In this document: in pieces, positions 7,207 through 11,840 of the stretch
How positions within the stretch are numbered: the stretch's first letter is position 1
Layout of the letters: every line of letters starts with the position of its first letter
Assembly (NCBI GenBank): GCA_039208735.1
Contig: JBCCQY010000225.1
Location: 1-11,840, forward strand
DNA: 11,840 nucleotides
From: Myxococcota bacterium
GTDB taxonomy: Bacteria > Myxococcota_A > UBA796 > GCA-2862545
Reading direction: 5' to 3'
Made by a program: the position numbers and the translations under genes
The notes under the pieces: model-generated
Database searches by the model: none
The model's input: only the letters and a program-made list of their open reading frames with translations
Told to the model about the DNA's origin: nothing

Positions 7207-7485
7207 CAGGCCTCACGAAGAGTGGCTGACGGAACAGAGGAGTAGTGAAAACCGCGTTGGAGCGGGTGTAGGTGCAGATACTGATTTGATGGCAAGAAGA
7301 GTTAAGCGTGTTGTCTTTCATTCTAAGGAAGTTCGTTTCAGTCCAAGTTCTTGCTCGGCTTCTTGTAGGTCGTCACGTTCTCACGTCTGTTTCGTCTTGC
7401 GAAGTTTGTTAGGTTGCTAGGCTCGACGCGATTCGTGTAGCTCTCCGACTCCAGTGCTGGCCAGGAGTCTTCGGCGTGCGCGTGG

Positions 7486-7547
7486 GGAAGTAAAATGGCC
7501 CGTGGGTGGCGTGCCAGCCCAGATCCCCGGGCCCCATTTCCATTTCC
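7486..7547 (-). terminator. Long imperfect stem-loop just after the DUF6519 gene stop
   Basis: The minus strand reads GGAAATGGAAATGG-gg-CCCG-gggatc-TGGG-c-TGGC-ac-GCCA-CCCA-CGGG-CCATTTTACTTCC, a set of nested complementary arms. The outer arm pairs better on this strand through G-U pairs. It begins 1 nt after the TAA. Confidence 0.4.
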
Positions 7548-7548
7548 T

Positions 7549-10206
7549 TTACCGCGTCAGGGTGAACGGCCACTCGTACCGTTGGGTGCTGTCACCGGGT
7601 TGAGCGCGGGGCAAATGGCGTGGCACGACAACGATTCGACCGTGTACCACAGGGGAGACCGACCAGGATTGGCTTTGGAAGACCATGCTGTTGAGCCAGC
7701 TTCGACAGGTCTCCGCGATTTGCCAACGTGCGACTTCGCCCCGGATCAATCGCCAATCTCCCCGCAGACTCGCCAACGTATAGGCCCGAGCGATGGGCTG
7801 ATTGGCCGGGCCTCGTTGTAGGACAGGCAAATCCACTTCGATCCGCACCCCCCCATGCAACGATTCAGACTGGGCTAAGCCTGTTTGGCCCGGATTGAGG
7901 AGCGCTTTCTCCCGAAGCCGGAAGGCCAGGAAGTCGGCGAGCGAGATCGAGGCTCCCGAGGGCACCGGCACAAGGGTTCCATCGGGTTGCTCTCTCTCAA
8001 GACCGCCGAACGGTGCGAACCCTGTGCCGCTCGTCCGCGTCAACTCGGCGACGAGACGCGAAAGCTCGTCGAGCGCTTGGCCCACGGTGCGACGGGACCG
8101 GCTGCCCAATATCTCAGCGAGAATACCTTCCTGAGGTGCGTAATCGGCCTGCTCCGCAAGCAGCATGGTCGCGGTCAGGCGAACCTCGGTCTGGTCGGTT
8201 CGCGGCACATCGGGCAACCAGGCCCGCACGAAGCGCGTCCACAGGGGACGAAAATCCCCTAAGGTGAGCTGGGCCAACGCGATGCCATCGTCATCGGTCC
8301 GCACGGTCATGCGCCAGAAGCGTTGACTGTTGGGCCAGCGCTCCCCCGTCGCCTGCGTACCGTCTGCGGTGTTCATGCCGCCGGCCTCGGCTTCCGTCAG
8401 GGGTCGCCCGTTAAACGCCCGGTCGATCTCAAACGTGACGGTTTGGCCGCGCACGGGCCGTCCTTCCCACGTCGCACGAACCCGCATGGCCAAGTCGAGG
8501 GTGTCGTCGGGTCGCCCCAGCTGGCCGTCGCCAGCCACGATCGACAGCAAGACCCCATCTGCGCGCGTGGCTCGGAAGGTCTGGACCGGCCCGATAGGCT
8601 CGTCATCAGGGCCGATCCGAACGGCACGCACGAACTGGGAAAGCGCGCCAGGCCACCGGTTGTCGACGGGCACCGGGGCACCCGAGGCGAGCCGCCACCA
8701 CACTTCGGCCAGGCCGTTGGCGTCGGTGGTCACGACTTGGACCGAGGCCTCGGCGGGGGAGGTGTCGGGGCGACCCGCGAGCAGCGCGCCCCCTGGGCTG
8801 GCTTCGAAGCGGATGCGCACCCCGGGTTCCGGGTGGTCGCCGCGAAACACCAGGGCCGAAAGCGGCGACGGCAGGATCTGCCCGCCGCGTCCATGCTGCC
8901 CGTCCCCACTCGTGGCAGCGAAGGTGGTGAGCAGCGTGAGTTCGGTGAGGCTGGTGAACCGGCGCCGGGCATCGCTGATCGTCACCGTCTGATCGGCCTC
9001 CACAACGGCAACGGCGAGCAACGCGCGATGTCGCATCACACCCATGGGGGCGACGGATTCCGTCTCGTCGGCGGGCCACTGCAGGCGGCCGTCTTGGCCG
9101 GGCAACTCGGCCGTCCGCGCACCGATGAGCCAAAAGTCGCCCGTGCGGTAGCCGCTTGCCGCAAACGCGACCTCAACCCCGTCCTCGAGCGGCTCGAAAT
9201 CGACGTGGCGGTTGCGGACGCTGCCTCCGTCCCAGCGGATCAGTCGTGGAGCATGGCCGGTGGTCACCCCCTCGACCTCGGCAAAGGTGACGCCACGAAC
9301 GACGAGCACATCGCCGACCGCTCGCTCCACGGTCCCGAGCACCTTGGGCAGGGCGAGGGCGGTGCGAGCGTCGTTGGTCAGCTCGACCAAATCGCCCGAA
9401 CGCAGTCCTTCCGTGCCTCCTGGGCCCAACCGTTCACAGCGGAGTTCAACCCCCTCAGCGCCTCGATCGACCGGATCGGCGATGGAGGCGATCTCGGAAG
9501 CGTTGGACCGACTCCACACGTATTGCACCGTGCCAAGGACCGGCTGCCCGTGAAGGTCAACGTCCCCGGTTGCGATTTCGACGCGGTACAGGCGATTGTC
9601 GAGGCCACGGTACCCCGCCGATGGGGGCACGATGCAGACGTCATCCACCACGGGGGTGGGTTGCTCACGGACCCGCAGGCCGCCGCTGCGCGCTTGGTCG
9701 AGCTGCGCCACGAACTGGCGGGCATCGGCCAGCGTCGCCGTGTCGTCGACCCGAGCGTGTCGAACGGCCCACGCCGCACGATGGCGAAGGGTCGCGTCAG
9801 GGCCGCCCAACGCCACCTCACGAAGGTGCGGCGCTTCAAGGGCGGTGGTCGCCGCCTCCCAGACTTCGAGCCAGACCGCGTGGGCGCCCACCGTCAGATC
9901 AGGGACGACGCCAGGTGCGTCCGGCTGATCGGCAAACGCCACGAGTTCGGCATTCTCGACCCGGATGCCGCCGACCCAATACCGACCTGGCTCGATCTGC
10001 AGGGTGTTTGTAATGCCGAACCCAGGCTCATCGTCGGGCGTACCCGAAGGACCGATGGTGTAGATGCGAGCGGTTCGGACATCGTGATGAACCAGGTCCG
10101 TCGCCTCGTTGAAGTCGGCGTCGAGCAGCACACGCCCCTGCTGCAGGCGCACGCTGGTCCAGGATCGGGTGGGATCAAAGAGGACGCGGGAGAGATCACC
10201 GTGCAT
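7549..10206 (-). CDS. DUF6519 domain protein (tail fibre/spike-like subunit of a phage-tail or eCIS-type locus) with two Ig-like repeats
   Basis: The N-terminus MHGDLSRVLFDP...VRLQQGRVLLDADFNE and the motifs PGRYWVGGIRVEN, LREVALGGPDAT, GYRGLDNRLYRVEI, WSRSNAS, LEDGVEVAF, YRTGDFWLIGARTA and DARRRFTSL match the DUF6519 pattern as I recall it. These are followed by two GDGQxG...TDxxGxA repeats and an ADYAP...TVGQALDEL segment. Confidence 0.85.
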   Translation of the reverse strand: MHGDLSRVLFDPTRSWTSVRLQQGRVLLDADFNEATDLVHHDVRTARIYTIGPSGTPDDEPGFGITNTLQIEPGRYWVGGIRVENAELVAFADQPDAPGVVPDLTVGAHAVWLEVWEAATTALEAPHLREVALGGPDATLRHRAAWAVRHARVDDTATLADARQFVAQLDQARSGGLRVREQPTPVVDDVCIVPPSAGYRGLDNRLYRVEIATGDVDLHGQPVLGTVQYVWSRSNASEIASIADPVDRGAEGVELRCERLGPGGTEGLRSGDLVELTNDARTALALPKVLGTVERAVGDVLVVRGVTFAEVEGVTTGHAPRLIRWDGGSVRNRHVDFEPLEDGVEVAFAASGYRTGDFWLIGARTAELPGQDGRLQWPADETESVAPMGVMRHRALLAVAVVEADQTVTISDARRRFTSLTELTLLTTFAATSGDGQHGRGGQILPSPLSALVFRGDHPEPGVRIRFEASPGGALLAGRPDTSPAEASVQVVTTDANGLAEVWWRLASGAPVPVDNRWPGALSQFVRAVRIGPDDEPIGPVQTFRATRADGVLLSIVAGDGQLGRPDDTLDLAMRVRATWEGRPVRGQTVTFEIDRAFNGRPLTEAEAGGMNTADGTQATGERWPNSQRFWRMTVRTDDDGIALAQLTLGDFRPLWTRFVRAWLPDVPRTDQTEVRLTATMLLAEQADYAPQEGILAEILGSRSRRTVGQALDELSRLVAELTRTSGTGFAPFGGLEREQPDGTLVPVPSGASISLADFLAFRLREKALLNPGQTGLAQSESLHGGVRIEVDLPVLQRGPANQPIARAYTLASLRGDWRLIRGEVARWQIAETCRSWLNSMVFQSQSWSVSPVVHGRIVVVPRHLPRAQPGDSTQRYEWPFTLTR

Positions 10207-10211
10207 CTCGT

Positions 10212-10217
10212 CTCCTT
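10212..10217 (-). promoter_or_regulatory. Shine-Dalgarno site overlapping the upstream stop codon (likely translational coupling)
   Basis: The minus strand reads TAAGGAGACGAG-ATG; AAGGAG is 5 nt from ATG 10206. Confidence 0.7.
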
Positions 10218-11838
10218 AGATGAGCACGTACAGGCCGTAGGCAGGGCCAAACCGAACCTGGTCGTCGAGCACCGTGAGCGTGTTGTCGACGCGCAGCGCA
10301 TGCTCGAGCATGAAATGGCTCCCGGGCTCGCCTCCGTCCTCGCCTGCCGTGGCAGTGGGGAGAGGCGTGTCGGGCCTTAGGGTGGCGAAGCCGGGTTCTG
10401 TCGGATCGACGCTGGCCCAGCTCGGACGGAGCGTCGCCACCTTGCGAGCCCGCTCCAAGGCATCAAGGTCCAAGCCTTCGAAGGAACGATCCGGCTCACA
10501 GCGGTGACGACGCGGCGTCTCTTCCGTCGTGACCCACGAAAAGCGGATGCATCCGGTTTGCGTTCGGGCCACCTCCAACGTGTCGTCAAAGATGCAGTTC
10601 GACGCGTCGAGGACCGACACGCGAGCTGGGCCAAGCAGCGTCACCTGATCGAGCGCCACGGTGCCCTCGGGCACCTCGAAGGCCGACCGGACCACGCTGT
10701 CGATGACCCGCACGGCGAGGACGCCTTCGACCTGCACTTCGCCCACCTCGGAACGCTCGATCGTCACGGACTCAACGCTTGCCGCCCGTCCCGACCCTGC
10801 GGCGATGCGGAGGGATGGCAGGGTGCAGGTGTCGATCACCACCGAGCCTAGGTCGCCACCCAGCTCCAAGGGTCCGTCCTGCCACACGCCGAGCATGGTG
10901 AGGGTACTGCCAGGTCCATCCGGGAGCGCTGAGCCCTCGAAGGCAAGGTTGCCACGGATCCTCGGCCGTAAGGCCTGAGCGGCCACCCGCCCCCGCACAA
11001 AGCCATCTTGCAAATCGCCGATGGGGTCGGGATCTCGGGGCCAGCTCGCGGCCAAGATCGAAAGGTTTACCCCCGGACGCAGGGGCAGCGCAGCCGTGGG
11101 AGCCGCGTGGGAGCGGCTATCCGCCAGCAGCAAGACGACGGTATGCAGCACAACGACGTCGTAGTCCGCGGGATTGGTCGACGGAGGCGTCTGCCCCAGC
11201 GTCGAGGCTCGGATGACCACCGATGTTCCGAGCGCTTCGGTGTCGTGCTCTTCTTCTTGGTCCGTGGCTCGGCAACGGACCCACACCGCGATGCCCACTC
11301 GGGCCGAGGGGTCGGGCCACGCGGACAGTTGGAGCAAGCTGTCGACGCGCAAGAGGACGGAATCGCCATCCAAGAGGATTTCATCGGCGCTGCCCGGACG
11401 CGTGATCGTCTCGATGCGCGAGAACGCCCGCTCGAGATCCCGAACCTCCGAACGCATCACTCCGTCGTCAACTTCGGGGTCATTGGCCGCGGCTCGAACG
11501 GTGATCTGGAACGTGACCCGTTCGGGGCCCGTTCCGCCAACCGTTGCGTCGGGTTGGATTCGCCGCTCGGCATCGCGTTGCGCGACCCAGGGGCCGGCTC
11601 CGATGGGCGCGACCCTCGGTACGATGGCGTCCACCAGCACTGCGGCATCGTCGAGGTCGGCCACAAGGTCACGCCCCACGACGACGCGACCGAGTTCGGG
11701 GTCAACGAGGGCTTCTTCAGGGTCGACGCTTGGAGGGACGGTTTCGATCTCCCCGAGGTGACAGATTCGGAGATTCGCCGCCGTACGTCGCACGACCTCA
11801 CCCCCACTACGGCCCACCACCTGCAGCGAGACCGGAGG
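10216..11838 (-). CDS. Baseplate/tail-associated protein with C-terminal beta-helix, of the type found upstream of DUF6519 genes; 5'-truncated
   Basis: The frame is open to the window edge. Motifs include ICHL, VDPELGR, IGAGPW, LADSRSH, beta-helix-like repeats (VTIERSEVG, VRVIDSVV, LDQVTLLG, LDASNCIF), QTGCIRFSWV, TPRRHRCEP and AGEDGGEPGSHF...LDDQVRFG. It is coupled to the DUF6519 gene. Confidence 0.75.
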   Translation of the reverse strand, partial: PPVSLQVVGRSGGEVVRRTAANLRICHLGEIETVPPSVDPEEALVDPELGRVVVGRDLVADLDDAAVLVDAIVPRVAPIGAGPWVAQRDAERRIQPDATVGGTGPERVTFQITVRAAANDPEVDDGVMRSEVRDLERAFSRIETITRPGSADEILLDGDSVLLRVDSLLQLSAWPDPSARVGIAVWVRCRATDQEEEHDTEALGTSVVIRASTLGQTPPSTNPADYDVVVLHTVVLLLADSRSHAAPTAALPLRPGVNLSILAASWPRDPDPIGDLQDGFVRGRVAAQALRPRIRGNLAFEGSALPDGPGSTLTMLGVWQDGPLELGGDLGSVVIDTCTLPSLRIAAGSGRAASVESVTIERSEVGEVQVEGVLAVRVIDSVVRSAFEVPEGTVALDQVTLLGPARVSVLDASNCIFDDTLEVARTQTGCIRFSWVTTEETPRRHRCEPDRSFEGLDLDALERARKVATLRPSWASVDPTEPGFATLRPDTPLPTATAGEDGGEPGSHFMLEHALRVDNTLTVLDDQVRFGPAYGLYVLI

Positions 11839-11840
11839 AG

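Noticed and set aside
7133..7321. 62-aa minus-strand ORF in the intergenic region
   Set aside because: It has no recognisable features or convincing SD, and it runs across the putative promoter elements.
8323..10380. 685-aa plus-strand ORF
   Set aside because: It is an antisense shadow of the DUF6519 gene, common in GC-rich DNA, and has no recognisable motifs.

Overview
GC-rich bacterial DNA, probably from a Myxococcota-like organism (inferred from a myxobacterial Cys-rich repeat and a MopE-like motif). The left end holds the 3' part of a STAND ATPase-TPR gene, convergent with a small Zn-ribbon hypothetical gene. The middle holds four probable envelope or surface genes: a vWA/MIDAS lipoprotein, a DUF4136-like protein, a beta-propeller-like hypothetical protein and a 7-repeat FG-GAP (integrin-alpha-like) lipoprotein. 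The right end, on the minus strand, is the distal end of a phage-tail or extracellular contractile injection system (eCIS)-type operon: a partial baseplate/tail-associated gene followed by a DUF6519 fibre-like gene carrying two Ig-like repeats. Non-coding oddities are a ~145-bp element of GNA-triloop hairpins punctuated by three TGATCA palindromes (5130-5275), two adjacent genes with anomalous 5' ends (a likely CTG start behind a short uORF, and a UUU-UGA-C +1 slip site), and an orphan sigma70-like promoter facing an AT-richer intergenic region. All family assignments come from recognising motifs by eye; no searches were run.
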